Origin: Lama glama
Taxonomy: Eukaryota
Direction of reading: 5' to 3'
Assembly: GCA_028534125.1 (NCBI GenBank)
Contig: CM052816.1
Location: 89,220,001-89,284,000, forward strand
Length of the DNA stretch: 64,000 nt
Shown: positions 13,024 through 26,172 of the stretch, in pieces
How the letters are laid out: the number at the start of each line of letters is the position of its first letter
Position numbering within the stretch: position 1 is the first letter of the stretch
Translations under genes and position numbers: made by a program
Notes under the pieces: generated by a model
The model's input: only the letters and a program-made list of their open reading frames with translations
Databases searched by the model: none
Told to the model about the DNA's origin: nothing

Positions 13024-13495
13024 TTTTTTAACATTTTTATTGATTACAATCATTTTACAATGTGTCAAATTCAGGTGTACAGCACAATTTTTCAGTTATA
13101 CGTGAACATATATATATTCATTGTCACATTATTTTCTCTGTGAGCTACCATAAGATCTTGTGTATATTTCCCTGTGCTATACAGTATAATCTTTTTTTTT
13201 TAACATTTTTTATTGATTTATAATCATTTTACAATGTGCCAAATTCCAGTGTTCAGCACAATTTTTCAGTCATTCATGGACATATACACACTCATTGTCA
13301 CATTTTTTTCTCTGTGATTTATCATAACATTTTGTATATATTTCCCTGTGCTATACAGTATAATCTTGTTTATCTATTCTACAATTTTGAAATCCCAGTC
13401 TGTCCCTTCTCCCCCCGCCCCCTTGGCAACCACAAGTTTGTATTCTATGTCTATGGGTCTATATCTGTTTTGTATTTATGCTTTGTTTTTTTTAA
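13024..13495 (-). mobile_element. Two tandem camelid-type L1 3' ends (13024-13191 and 13192-13495)
   Basis: Two poly-T/'acatttttattgatt' starts; both units run through 'tttccctgtgctatacagtataatct', with differing internal variants. Confidence 0.9.
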
Positions 13496-13989
13496 AATAC
13501 TCACATTCTTCCAGCCACTTGCCTGACCAAATGCTTCAGAGGCTCCTCACTATCTCTAAGAAATGTCTAAAATTCTTTGGCGAGCACTAACTTCCTCAGG
13601 CTCGGGGTTCAGGTTCCTTCTAAGGAACCCTCATGCTCAGTGTCTTCTCACTGTCAGAAACGTCTGCCCTCCTCCCCTTGTGCACTGTGGCGTCGAGCGC
13701 TGTTACCCACTGCATCGCCCTTGGTCCTGCCCATTCCCCAGGCTAAGCTCCAAGTCTGTCTGTGGTTTTTCATCCTCCTTCGATGAACACATTATCTTTC
13801 CCTAATATCTGCTGCCTATGAATTCATAACACTGATTGGTTATTAGCAGAATAATGCAAGGCTTCTTCCCTCACTTGTAAGTGGAATAATATTTCTGGGA
13901 TAGAGGGGAACACTGACATAGAAAAACTCTAAGATGATCTTTAAATTAGTTTCAGCCAGAAATCATTTCCTCATACTCTTGTAAATTGG

Positions 13990-15608
13990 ACACTGTCCCC
14001 TCCCCACTCCAGTCTGTTATCTGGCCTCGTTGCTGCACTACAATGATTACTTTTAGGGTGACCATGTCCTCCAGGTGACTAAATCCATGTGCGCTCTTCA
14101 GTTTTCTTCTCCCTTGATCTCTCAGAGGCTTAGACATTGATGCATTTTGTCTCCTCCTTCGAGAAAACCTCAGGTGAAGTCGACACAATGCACCTCCTGC
14201 CTCGCCCCTTGCTCTGTGGCTTCTCCTTTGAATTGCCTTTGATTTTACCAAGGTTTTATACATCATAGGTCGTTAATAGCTAAACAGTCCTTGGTCTCTT
14301 TTTTTACTTACACGGTGCTCTCTTCCTGAATACACTCACACATGCCTTTAATTATCTAGAATCAATGACTCCCAAAGAGTATCTCTAATCCTGATGCCTT
14401 CTCTGGTTCCCAGAGCCGTAAATCTAGCTGCTTGGCTGACTTGGAATCTCAGAGACAGCTCGAGTACCTCCCATCGGGATGTGTGGCCACCGTCCCTTGC
14501 CCCCCAACCTGAACGTAGCTCTTCCTTGGCTTTCTTCCTCTGTGGGATCTATCGCTCAAGCACGGTATCTGAAAATAACCTTGTCAACTCCCTACTCCTG
14601 TATTCAGCTCGCCTCTTCTATCGCTATTGTCTTAGCTCAGAGCCCTGTAACAAAATGCTATGGACAAGGTGTTTTAAACAACAGACGTTTATTTCTCACG
14701 GTCCTGGCGACTGGGAAGTCCGCAGTGGAAGAGTCGGCAGATTTAGTTACGGGTGTCATTCTCTTCCTTTTACAGGGATGCTGATCTCTTCAAGGGGGCA
14801 CCATCCTCACGACCCCAGCTAAACCTAATTACCTCCCAAAGGCCCCACTTCCAAACAGGGAGTTGGGGCTTTAACAGATGAATTTTGGAAGTGTGCAAAC
14901 ATTTAATCTGTAACAGATATTATCGCCTAGTAATCTCTGGAATCTTCCCCCTTCTCTCTTGTCTTCACCAACGACCCCCTCATTCAAACCACCATCCTGC
15001 TTCATCTGAACTCGTAACTCCCTCTCTATCCTTTGCTACAAGAGAGAGGTTTTTCAAAAGACTGTGAATCTGATCATGACACTCAGCTCTGAAATATCTT
15101 TCCATGGCTTTTCCCTCTTTGGGGATCAGAATCCCAAATGTGGCCTGGAGCTGACACCCACTAGGTCTCCAGCCTCTACTCCCAGCTGACTCACCCCTCC
15201 CCCACCACGTGCTCTCTCAAGAGGCAGCCGCGTGTAGTCCTCTCTCAGGGTCTTAATGCTTGCAGGCATTTGAGGATGCTCTGTGCTCTGCCTGGAATCT
15301 CTCCCCTGCCTCCACTCTGCTTACTTAGTAGATACTTACATTTCAGTCTAGATGTCACTTCTGCTCCTGGGTGGATATCTTCCCCAGGCCAGAGTAAATC
15401 CTCCTTTACGTGGTTTCACTATACATTTCCTTCTAGCATTTAGAATATTTGAGGATGATAATTGATTACGTGGTTATTGAATTGATATCTATCCTCACCC
15501 CACCACCCAGACTGTAAGATCCCAGAGAGTAAGATCTCTCTCTAGTCTGTGCACTTTCCACTTCCAAGTTCTAGTACACATAGTGGACCTTCCCTTTGAA
15601 TAAATGGT
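13990..15608 (+). mobile_element. LINE-2 (RT remnant to 3' tail), interrupted by MLT1A-type LTR
   Basis: 'cccttgatctctcagaggcttagacattgatg...ctccttc', 'gactcccaaagagtatctctaatcctga', 'ctctgcctggaatctctc', tail 'ccagactgtaagatcccagag...tgaataaatg'. Confidence 0.8.
14628..14915 (-). mobile_element. MaLR solo LTR, MLT1A-like (internally deleted)
   Basis: 'tgtcttagctcag...aaacaacagacgtttatttctcac...aaacctaattacctcccaaaggccccac...taaca'; 5-bp flanks gctat/gatat. Confidence 0.85.
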
Positions 15609-17014
15609 TAGAGTATGTATTGCCTTCAGACGTGTTTGTATTTTACTTGACTTTTGCAGTGAGATACGTTCTTAGAATACTTATTTTGTCTCCCAGTTTC
15701 CTTCTCATCTCGCTTATAAAGTTTTTTAATTATTCATATAAGTAAAGGAGTATTGATTGATGGCCTAGAAACATCTCTGACCATATCCATTTGTGAATCT
15801 ATAAAGTAATGTACATACAAGAATGCAAGGGTGAGAGTCAAATTCTAAAGATAGGAAAAGCGAATAAATCCCCACAATGTCCATGTATAATACAGAGTTT
15901 AATGGAGCACAGGCTACTGCTGCTGGATCCTTAAGGAAAATGTGTTTGTGTGCACCCCGGGGTAATCTAAACCTGGGCAGACTTGCTTTTATTTAGGTAG
16001 TACAGACACTTTAAAAGAATGATTGCGGTATTGCTGACTAATTTGGGTTCCAGTTCACTAGGATATATTTCATAGTATGTTATATTTCCTCAATAAATGT
16101 AAATAACACCAATTTGCAAGTGGCACTTTTTCTATTTCCCCCTTATTACATCCCATTCTGGCCACAGTTATTGAGCAACACTGGGACTGATTTATTTCCT
16201 GAGAAGAAAATAAACTATCCATATTTTGAAGGTTAACTGATACATTAACAGAGGAGGAAATCTGGTTAGTGGAGCCCTGAAGCGTGTTTGCCACAGCAAG
16301 AATGAACTCAGACAAAACTGAAGTCCACATGCACGTGTGGAAGACAAGAGGAAAATAGCACACAATTCAAACAGTTTTAAATTGTAGTGATTACCCCCAA
16401 AAGGAAAGCAAAGGAAGGCACCAGGCCTCCGCACACCGCACTTATTTTATTTTGATTACCAAATACTTTATATATTTACTGTCACATACTATAAAGGGTG
16501 GGAAGGGCAAATGTGTCCGCTCGGAGATGTATAGACGGATGATAGTTGGAGATGTTTTTTTCTTTCTTCTGTTAAAATAACTATTTAAGTGAAGGTAAAT
16601 TCAAGACACACGCCAAAAAAGTTTACACCTCTACTTTACTAGAATCACTTTCTGCAGACCTGAAGTAAATAACTACTACAGACAGACATTAACATGGATA
16701 TTTTATATTTTGTTTGTTTGTTTGTTTTTGCCATTTCACCTACTGGTCATCTTTGGCATCAGACTTCTAATGCAATAATAATTAAAATAAAAATAACATT
16801 CACCAAAGAGTTCCAGCATAACAGACATGGAAGAAACCTCTTTACTTCCTTGTTTCATTTATTTATGTGGGTGAGATACTCTTAGAAAGATTTTGGAGTT
16901 GCTGACCAGTGGGTTTCAGTTCACTATGATAAATGTCATTGTATGTTGTGTTTCCTCAATAAATGTAGAAAATACCAGTTTCCCTTCTCTGCACTATTAT
17001 GATTCTCACTGGGT

Positions 17015-17157
17015 AGTAAATAAAGCTGATGCTTCTGAGGTGAGGAGATGTGCCCAAGTTAACAAGATGGAGCTAATTCACAGCTGAGTCAGACTGTGAA
17101 CCCAGGTCTGACCACCTGACACTAAAGATTGCTTTTACCCACTGTGCTGATCTGCCT
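17015..17157 (-). mobile_element. MIR SINE
   Basis: 'gaggtgaggagatgtgcccaagttaaca...gaacccaggtctgac...ttttacccactgtgctgatctgcct'. Confidence 0.75.
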
Positions 17158-20100
17158 TTTAGCATAAATAGTCAACCTAGTAACTAGACATCAATATTTT
17201 ATTTCATTTTGGATTTAGGCAAACATGCTCTCGAGCAATCATATTTCAATATTAGATTTTGTGTTAGCATTCAGGGCTGATAAAATATAATTAAATTTTA
17301 CCACTGTAAATGATGGTCCTGTAGCACTGCTTACTTGGGAGGAATGAAATCTCAGCTCAGATGAAAACAGGTCACACAGCTGACCACCGGTTGCTGGTGT
17401 CTTTGGCAGGCACGAACAGCATATTCTAGCAGCAAGAGTTGTCAACAATCTGGGAGGGCATGACTAAATTCTAGAGTTTTAAAAATTATTTCAATAGCCT
17501 CCAACAGCCAAAAAGCAAAGTTCCTAAAATTATACAAATTCTTTTTAGAGGAATAACATTTTACTGCAGAAAATACTAACATCTTTTTGAGTATTTTAGA
17601 TTCAAGTTTGTCTATGTTTTTCTTAGTATGTATAATATATAACAGTTTTTTTCTCTTGACTTCCCATAGTGCATATATAACTTTAGGTTAAGAGTGTGGA
17701 AGATGTTCATACCATAGAGAAATATTTTTAATTAAATGAGATTAAAGTTTTCATGCACATGTCTAGAAACGTCATTGTCAATGTTAGAATCTGTCAAAAC
17801 AATCTTGCTTAGAAATACCTGAGTACTTGAATTTCACTTTCCATTGAATGTTTAGTCATATTAGTTTAGTTCTGTTGGCCTTTATGTCTCATTAAAAATA
17901 TTTAAACGAGTGATTAGGTATTTCTGACAACGTTTACAATGATAGTAAGTAAGCCTTCTGAAACAAGATTTTTATTTCCTTACTCAGAAGAGCAGATCTC
18001 AAAGAAAAGACTAACCTTTCATTGTTGCTAGGATACATCATTGAGAAATAATAAAGGCAAATTATATATTAGTAAGCCATTTCCAATTAACTTTTAAGTC
18101 TTGCATTCAAAGACTTTAAAGCACATATCTAGCTATATACCTATATATCTATCTCTCTCTATATAGATAGATATATATATCTGGCTACTAAGTATAAGAT
18201 GTTATTCTGTTTTGAGTCAAAATTTGAATATTGCGTTTGAATATTGAGTGAGTAGTTGGTTGAAAATAGTATTTATAAAGTTCAAGATATTAATATAATC
18301 TTTGCATTTAGTAAATTCACTGAGTAAATTAACTAATGCAAAGTACAATGATATAATTGTATAGCAATTCCCTTTGTGAAAATGCTTCTCCTAAGTTTAT
18401 AGATCAATTGGTTGTGGCTTAGAAACAAAATTATTAGAAATCATAGTAGAGAAAAATCCATAAAACTATTATTTGTCATCATGATTTCTTTATAAAGTTA
18501 TTTAGATTTTTATAATGCTATGATTTCCAGCTGAAGTACAAAGTGTATTGTTTGTCGATGTACAGAAGTGGGTTTACAGACATATATAACCAAGGATTTT
18601 TTTTTTTTTTTAATGAAGAGATCTTGCTGTATTGGTATTTTTGAGCACCTATTGAAGGAAAGGTGGCCACAAAGACAAAGTAAACAAGACTTTCTCTTTG
18701 TATTAGTGGATACATTTGAGCAATCAACTTGCTCTCTTTAAATTTCAAGAATGCAATGGTAGACAAATCATTGATCATTAACCAGTAAGCACTGGACATT
18801 CCATTCTTTTCATTGATCTTTATCTATCAAGTGATGCGTCATTATACTTTCGTTACCAACTTCTAACAGCTGGTGTATGTGATAGTTTAGAGAGACAGAC
18901 TGACTTGGGCAGATGACTGTTGTATTTCGGTGAGTTGTTGGTTTAATTTATTGGTCATTACCTGGGACCAATCATGGATATATTTATATTCTCAAATATT
19001 TGGTCTCTAATAATTTATCTTAGAGTGATACAATGTTGGCCACATTTTCTATTTACATAGTCCCTATGCTATTTTGAGAAAATGAATGAGCTGGAATACT
19101 TTTTTGAGTATATTTCTCAGAATTCAACAAGTTTGAATAGCGCTTCAAAACTATCTTGTATAAAGTCTTAGAATTTGGATACTGTGAATGGTTCGTTTTG
19201 ATGCTATTTGCAAAAAGGGATAGAGAGTTGTGGTATGTTACTAAGTTGTAGAACTTCTCACTATTATTCTGTTTATGTTAATAAGAATTATCTTTGATAT
19301 GGTAAACAATTATATATTTTCTAAATGTAGATATAAGTGTAGATAAACTCAGTCTAATAATTTGCAAACTTGCATTTCAGTATTTTACATGAAACTTTAA
19401 GATTTTAACATATATTATACATTGAAATTTTATATTAATGGAAAGGATCAAGAGGTAGATGGTGTTTATTTGAACCTTTTTTATTAATTATGAGACTGAT
19501 ATAGTTAACGCCTATGTATTAGATTTATTAGTCCTATGAAATCCCTATTGTCAGAGAATCTATACCAAATTTCATTATCTTTCCATCTCGTATTACTAGA
19601 TGTGAGAACTATTGACATCTGGTTTTCATTTTTCAGATCATTAGCTGTTCATTAATTAATGAATTCTTTCTTCCACTATATCTAGGGACTATTAAATTGA
19701 AGTTTAATGTCCAAAAGCACATATTGTTGAGGAGTATATTAATGACTAGAGGAAAATACATAGTTTGCTAATTCTTATAGATAAGTGTATTAGCTTTAGG
19801 TTATAACTGTTTAGAAAACATAAGTGGTATCACTAAGGATGACTCGTCTTCGTGCTTACATTTTGAGTTTCTTCTTATTTGGAAAAAAAATTTGAAGAGC
19901 ACCAAATGCAGTGACACTACGTAAATCTAACTGATTTGTCACTTTTTTCTGGGTTCTCTGTCAGCCTTCAGTTTTGATAATTCACAAGTCCTTTAATTTT
20001 AATACAGTTAACTTTAATACAGTTTTTCATGGCCTGAGATCCAACTGGTCTGTGCTAACCAACAGTTTCCATTGTATAAAAAACTTTTTTAAAAGATTAA

Positions 20101-20337
20101 AAAAAGGTACATAGAAGTAAAGAAATAAACAGATGTTTCAACTTACCTATAACTGATATTGCAATTCTTTTTGAGGAAAGATGAAAAAAACTTCCAAAAA
20201 ATTGATATTCTAAACTGTAAATCATAATATACATAGACATACTGTAAATTTATTGTAAATATGCTATAGTTCAAATTGTTCATTCTTTGTTCCATTTCCG
20301 ATATTTTTAATGAACCATTAATAAAAATAAAGAATTA

Positions 20338-20530
20338 CAAGTCATTCCCCAATTGCAAACAGGTTGTGTTCTACAAGTTCATTTGTAAGCCACTGTTAGA
20401 ATTTGGAATGTATTTCCCCATAAAACAAGTGTGATGAATGTGGTTAGGACACAAAGCCAACCTGCAAGATTCTACCTAAATCAAAATGTAATTAAAATGT
20501 AGCCCCAGTATTATGATAGAACCCAGCCAT
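20338..20530. mobile_element. TcMar-Tigger DNA transposon end fragment
   Basis: 'ta|caagtcattccccaattgcaaacaggttgtgttctacaagttcatttgtaag...tttccccataaaacaa' resembles an old Tigger terminus preceded by TA. Confidence 0.65.
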
Positions 20531-22489
20531 TATTTATCCAGCTGCTTCTTTGGGAAACAGTTTCCAATTTCTCACCTGGAAATTGAAACACTTGAACTTC
20601 ATCTTTCTTCTTTGTATCTCCAATTGCTTGCACAGTTCTGCCTGCCTTTCTCCAGACTCACGTTTCAAAAGCTCCCACTTCAGTAATATAAATTGAGGCC
20701 TTTTATCAGGATGGAGAAACATCTCTCAGAGAGAAACCATTTGCAGTTACAAGATCTTCATAAATCTTACGGTTATCTCTTAGACTTGCCTTTAATACTG
20801 TATTCTGTTTTGTGGTCATTTTTGTACATCTGCATTCTTCAAGAAAGCAGACCCTTAACTGTCATCATATACTCGAAGGAACGAAAGACCTCTTCCCTCC
20901 ACAATACAAAAATATGTTTTTATAAATTCAGGAAAGTAAATGTCATAACTGGATCATAATCAGAATAACTCTTGAGTATCACAATGAGAGAGAATTGGTC
21001 ACAAGAAGATATTTCAAGATCATAGTTAAGTATTATTTTTCAGATGAAAAGAGCAGAAGCCAAAAGCAGTACTTATTTAGCCAGTTAACTAATGTGCACA
21101 GCTGGGTGAGACACAGAGAAGTGATGTTGCTGTCACATTATCTGAAAGCTTACTGATTTGTGGATTTTTTCCTGAGATAGATGCATATGCTTCTCTCTCA
21201 TCACCTCAAGTATCTCCCAGGATTCCCAGTCCTACCGAGTTTTGACTACCTGAGTGTTACACATATAAATCCTTCTATTTTCCTATATTTTATTAGATTA
21301 GTCTATTATGGGATAAAGCCTCTCATAACATTGAACCATTAAATTGTCTAGCACAAGAAACAATTCAGATATCAGGTATTTCAATTCATTTTATCCAGCA
21401 AATAACAACAACAACAAAATACTGTGGAAGATTGTAACTTTTTCCAGAGCACAGCCCATTTTGTTCAAATGTGATTTGGAAGGAACCCACTGTGTTTTCT
21501 ACAGTAATGGGAGGAATGGGGACTTTCTTTGTTTCTCTCTTAGAGACAGACAATATCTTCTGCAGCTTCTTGACTGAGTTCTGTCCTAGTATTTCAAAAT
21601 TCTGTGTGGATGATTTAAATGTACAGTCCTTCAAAACAAAGAAAAAGATCACACACATATAAAAGCAACTTTACTTGTATAACTGAAAAAGCTAGCTTAA
21701 AGGGTTGAAGCTCCTGATTACATCTTTAAAAATTTCCATAATGTGTCATTATTTTGTATGTTAATTACCAAAATAGCGTGATATGTTGCTCTGTTCATAA
21801 GATGACACAGAAACTTTCATTTTCAACTGCATTTTCAAAACCACTTACAAGCGAGGAGGTAACAAAGCACTCTTTTCTCAGTATATTACTTGGGAGGGAG
21901 GAGGACAGAAATGATGCTATTCCAAATGCAAGGTTAGTCACTTACAAAATACAAATTCCAACCTTCTGGTATTAGAAATTCTGAAGCTAAAAATATTATG
22001 ACAGCCCTTTCCCTTTCAATTTTGAGCTTAAAAATGTCTAACGCTTTATTATGACGGGGAGATATCTTACATTCTGTGACTGAGTTTGTAGCTCATTTTT
22101 AGCTTGTCTAATTTTTGTTTGGATTTGGAAAGTATTACAATTATCCAAGTCAAACCCTGGTTGGGTAAAGCTGTTGTGTAGAGATATCCAGAAATCATTT
22201 CAATTGAATTCTTTATTTCTTCTGTTTTGAATATTTTAGCATAAAGAAACATATTTGAAATAATAAGCAATAATACAGATGGTAAAATCATAATGTACAC
22301 TATTTATTGTTGATTATTCTCTGTATGCCCATTTTATTTGATAAATACAGGATGCTTGATAAGGGTTAAACTTTGGAACTACTCTGCAAGATACAGATAA
22401 ATAAGACTTTTTGAAAATGGGAAACTAAAGTTCTGAGAGACAAAGGAACACACACCGTGGCACCTGGGCATCCAGTCTATGTCACCAAA

Positions 22490-22950
22490 GTCTGTATTCT
22501 TCCTGCATATATTTCCTGTAACTTGGCAGCTTCAGAAAGTGATTATCCCACACGATTTCTAAGGGCCAGGAATCTGGGAGTGGCTCAGCTGGGTGGTTCT
22601 TGCTCAGGGTCTCTCTCAAGATGGTGGTGCGATAGGCCTGTCCTCATCTCAAGGCTTAATTGGGACTGGAGAATCCGCTTCCAAGCTCCTCTCGGATTGT
22701 TGGACTGAGGTCCCCAGCACTTTGATACGTGGCTTTCTCTGAAAGGCCACTTTGACCTGCCGCAAAAATGAGTGATCCGAGGAGGAGGGAGAAAGGAGAA
22801 AGACCCTAAATGCAGTCTTCCTGTTGCAATCTCAGAAGTGACATGCCATCCACCCCACCATATTCTATTATTAGAAATCGGCCACTGAGCCTAGCCCACC
22901 CTCAGGACTGGGGAGTAACCTCCATCATGTCAGTGGGGTAAAGTACCACA
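22490..22950 (-). mobile_element. MaLR LTR (MLT1F/G-like)
   Basis: 'gggccaggaatctgggagtggctcagctgggtggttcttgctcagggtctctc', 'ctggagaatccgcttccaagct', 'tctcagaagtgacatgccatc'. Confidence 0.85.
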
Positions 22951-23919
22951 TTTTTTCCTAGAGGATTATGAACAAGGTAAAATTAAAGTCATTTTGTCCT
23001 AATAGTTTCACAAGAACTAGAGCTGAATTAATAACTGTACTGGCTTAATGTCCATGTTTTGGTTAACCAAGAAAACTAGTTGCAAAACAATGATACATGT
23101 GGTAAAAAATTAGAGTGTCATGATGTTATTCTGAGACAGACTAATTATTCCTTTAATAGTTCATATGTTATTTATTTGGCTTTTGATTGAGATACTGGGA
23201 TCTATAATGCCATCATTTTATGCTTTAAACACAATATGTGAAAAAATACCTTATTCACTGATTGAGTGATAATTCCCAGTTATAATTTATTTTATAAAAT
23301 GTCATAATATTAACTATAGAAAATATCAAATTGGGTTTCTCTTTTAGTCTAACATTTTATTTATAAATAATCTGCATCTAGTATTTCAAATTCTATTAGG
23401 AAATGTATTCTGAATTTAGGTTTCATAGATATTTTAATGCTTTTTATGTGATTTTTATAGTATTGAATATATTTTAAATACATACCACTTCTTACCTGAA
23501 TATTTGTTCCAAATTCAGTGAGAAGTCCAGACTTTCTGAAACTACAATAGATTTAAGATTTATTCTTAAAAGCTCACTTTGCTTCTGATGCAATTAATGT
23601 AGGGGATTCAAATATAAGTAGATAAATTGAAGGATAATTAGTTTGGCTCATGTTAAGATAAAGATTTCTTGGAATGAGTGAACAGAAAAGATAATAAACA
23701 AAAATGAAAATGTATGATTATGTATTTTCTGTTACAAATTTAAATTTATAAAATTATTGAAATAATTTCTTCTTTCTTAAAGGATAAACAGTTACAAAGT
23801 AGTAAAATATCTACTTTTAAAGTATAATGTGTTGATTTGTAATTAGAGAAAGTTATTGTCAATATACCAAAATAAAATTTCCAAGGGTTTCTCCAGTATA
23901 TTAATAAAAATGACAATAG

Positions 23920-24125
23920 TAATCATATAAACTTTAAGTTGTTTAAGACTAGACAATAATATACTCACCAAGTCTTATGAGATTATTTTATTTTATACAT
24001 TTTATGGAGGAAATTTTCTCCCAGAAGTTAAATAAATTTCCCAAAGCACAAATTTGTAAGTACCAAGCCAGGATTTTCAACCTGCTGTGCTTGATTTCAA
24101 AGTCTGTTTTGATTCCTCCACTTAC
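23920..24125 (-). mobile_element. MIR SINE
   Basis: 'cattttatggaggaaatt...agaagttaaataaatttcccaaagcaca...agccaggattttcaacc'. Confidence 0.65.
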
Positions 24126-24263
24126 TCAGAATGATATTTTTGGACGGCTTCTCTTATACAAAGCCTTTATTGATACTTTTTAAAATACCTGTATTATTCT
24201 TTATTAAAGAGGAGGAAAATGCAGTTTTGCACTAAAAACATAACAGCTTGTAAAATCTTAGTA

Positions 24264-24580
24264 TAGACAGCCCTCTGTGTCCATGAGTTCTGTATCATCT
24301 GATTCAACAAACCACAGCTGGGAAATATTTGAAAAATAATTTTCCAGGAGGTTCCAAAAAGGAAAACCTGAATTTTCTGTGCACTGGCAACTGTTTACAT
24401 AGTATTTGCATTATATTACGTATTATACATAATCTAGAGATGATTTAACGTATACAGGAGGATTCACATAGGTTATATGCAAATGCTACACCATTTTATA
24501 TAAAGGACTTGAGCATCTGATGATTTTACTATCCAAGGGCATCCTGGAACCAATCTTCCATGCATACAGCAGGAGAACTG
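24264..24580. mobile_element. Full-length MER2/Tigger3-type MITE (TcMar-Tigger)
   Basis: Degenerate TIRs (tagacagccctctgtgtcca ... tgcatacagcaggagaactg) flanked by TA; diagnostic 'aatctagagatgattta...ggttatatgcaaat...ggacttgagcatc'. Confidence 0.9.
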
Positions 24581-24959
24581 TATTAAAGTGCTTATTTTTA
24601 ATAAAATATGTTCAGGAGAACATTGTCAATAATTAGTATGTATCCATTCAGACCTTTATTAATTATATATATAGTTACGTTGATTCACCCCATACATAAC
24701 ATTTATAACATGCTATTTTACTTAGCAATAATTTCTTCTCATTTTCCACATAATTAAATGTTCATATACCACATCATTTTTATTGGCTCATTAATTCTTA
24801 ACATCATTGTACCCATTTTATTTGAGCAAATTTTTATTAGTAGTTATTTTTCCTAAATTTTCAATGAGCAACATTGGAATGAATCTCCATAAAGCTCTGT
24901 ATTTACACATTGTTTGACTGATTTTATAGAATGCATTCTGAAGTTTAGAATATATTTCC

Positions 24960-25270
24960 TACATAGCATTAATAACTAATTAGAAATGAGGTAAATTGAA
25001 AAGTTTTCCTTTACAATAGTAGCTGTGATTGATATACTTGTAAAATTAAAACAATTATCTCACCAAAAATTTGCATGACTTACGTAAAAAAGAAAAGAGA
25101 GCCTGAAAAATTTATCAGACGGGAATAAAGACTAAGTGTAAAGATGCAGCATACGCTTTGATGTTGTAAAATAATAAGGATGAAAACAATTCCCAAATCT
25201 ATAAATTTAGTACAATTCTTTTTGCGTATTTCTGAAACTAAATTTCATCTAGAAAGGTACAGGAAAAATT
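24960..25270 (+). mobile_element. Decayed L1M ORF2 fragment
   Basis: 'tcctttacaatagtagc', 'tctcaccaaaaatttgcatgactt', 'attcccaaatctataaatttagtacaattc...aaatttcatctagaa'. Confidence 0.55.
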
Positions 25271-25277
25271 ACATGCT

Positions 25278-26165
25278 TTTTTTAAATTAAAGTGTGGTGT
25301 ATATATATATATAGAAAAGGGCAAAAATCATAAGTACCTAACTCAATTAAATTTGCTGGGGCATAAATTCAACCATGTTCTCTTCATCCAGGTTAAAAAA
25401 AAACAACAACAACAGCAGCATTGCATCTAAATACTAAAAGAACGCTGTGCCCCTACTAAGCACTGCCCCACCCCCTTCAAGGTGGCTAGTTCCTAACTTC
25501 TAGTTCCATGACTTAATTTACTATAGTTTGAAATTTATATAAATAGAATTATTCGTTATGTACTACATGTACTTTTTTCCTTTAATTGTAATTTTCAGTG
25601 ATTTATTCTTGATAGTATTTTTAATTGTAATTATTTTGTTGTTATTGTTATATAATATTACTTTGTAGGAATATAAAAGTACTTAATCATTTAAACATAA
25701 AAGAACATTTGGATTGTTTCAGGTTTAGTATTATTCTGGATGTTATTACTGTTATCATGTGTATATATCTTTGGGTGAATATATGAACCCATTTCTGTTG
25801 GATATACAAATGTGAGTGGAAATACTGGATCATAGTGAGTGTAATTTAATCACCATTTTATATGTTTATTGGTCAGTTAGATATGTTCTCTCGTGAAAAC
25901 ATTCTGTTGAATTTTTTGCCCTTTTTTTTTTCATAGTAACTTTTTAATTGTTCTTTAGGAGCTCTTTATATAGGAGTAATTAATCACATTCCTAAATGAC
26001 AAATATTCCTTCACTCTGGATTGCCTTTTCATTTTCTTATTGGTGTTTTTTAAATTATGTTTTACATCTCTTAATTTTAGTATATTTAAAAATGTTTTTG
26101 CATATCTTAAGGTCATAAAAATATTCTCCTAATTTTTTTTCCTAATAGTCCTTACTGAAACTACT
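25278..26165 (-). mobile_element. Old L1 (L1MC/ME-type) 3' portion
   Basis: 'tatagaaaagggcaaaaatcataagt', 'gaacatttggattgtttcaggttt', 'gagtggaaatactggatcatag'. Confidence 0.7.
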
Positions 26166-26172
26166 CTATCAC

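Noticed and set aside
9254..14822. Longest ORFs (126 aa at 9254, 147 aa at 9984, 142 aa at 14394)
   Set aside because: They run through L2/MLT remnants or (TA)-rich low-complexity DNA, with no recognisable domain.
17335..17449. Minus-strand acceptor/donor pair (cccag|...caa|gtaagc)
   Set aside because: Open frame is not phase-compatible with the upstream candidates and the peptide is unrecognisable; such pairs are common by chance.
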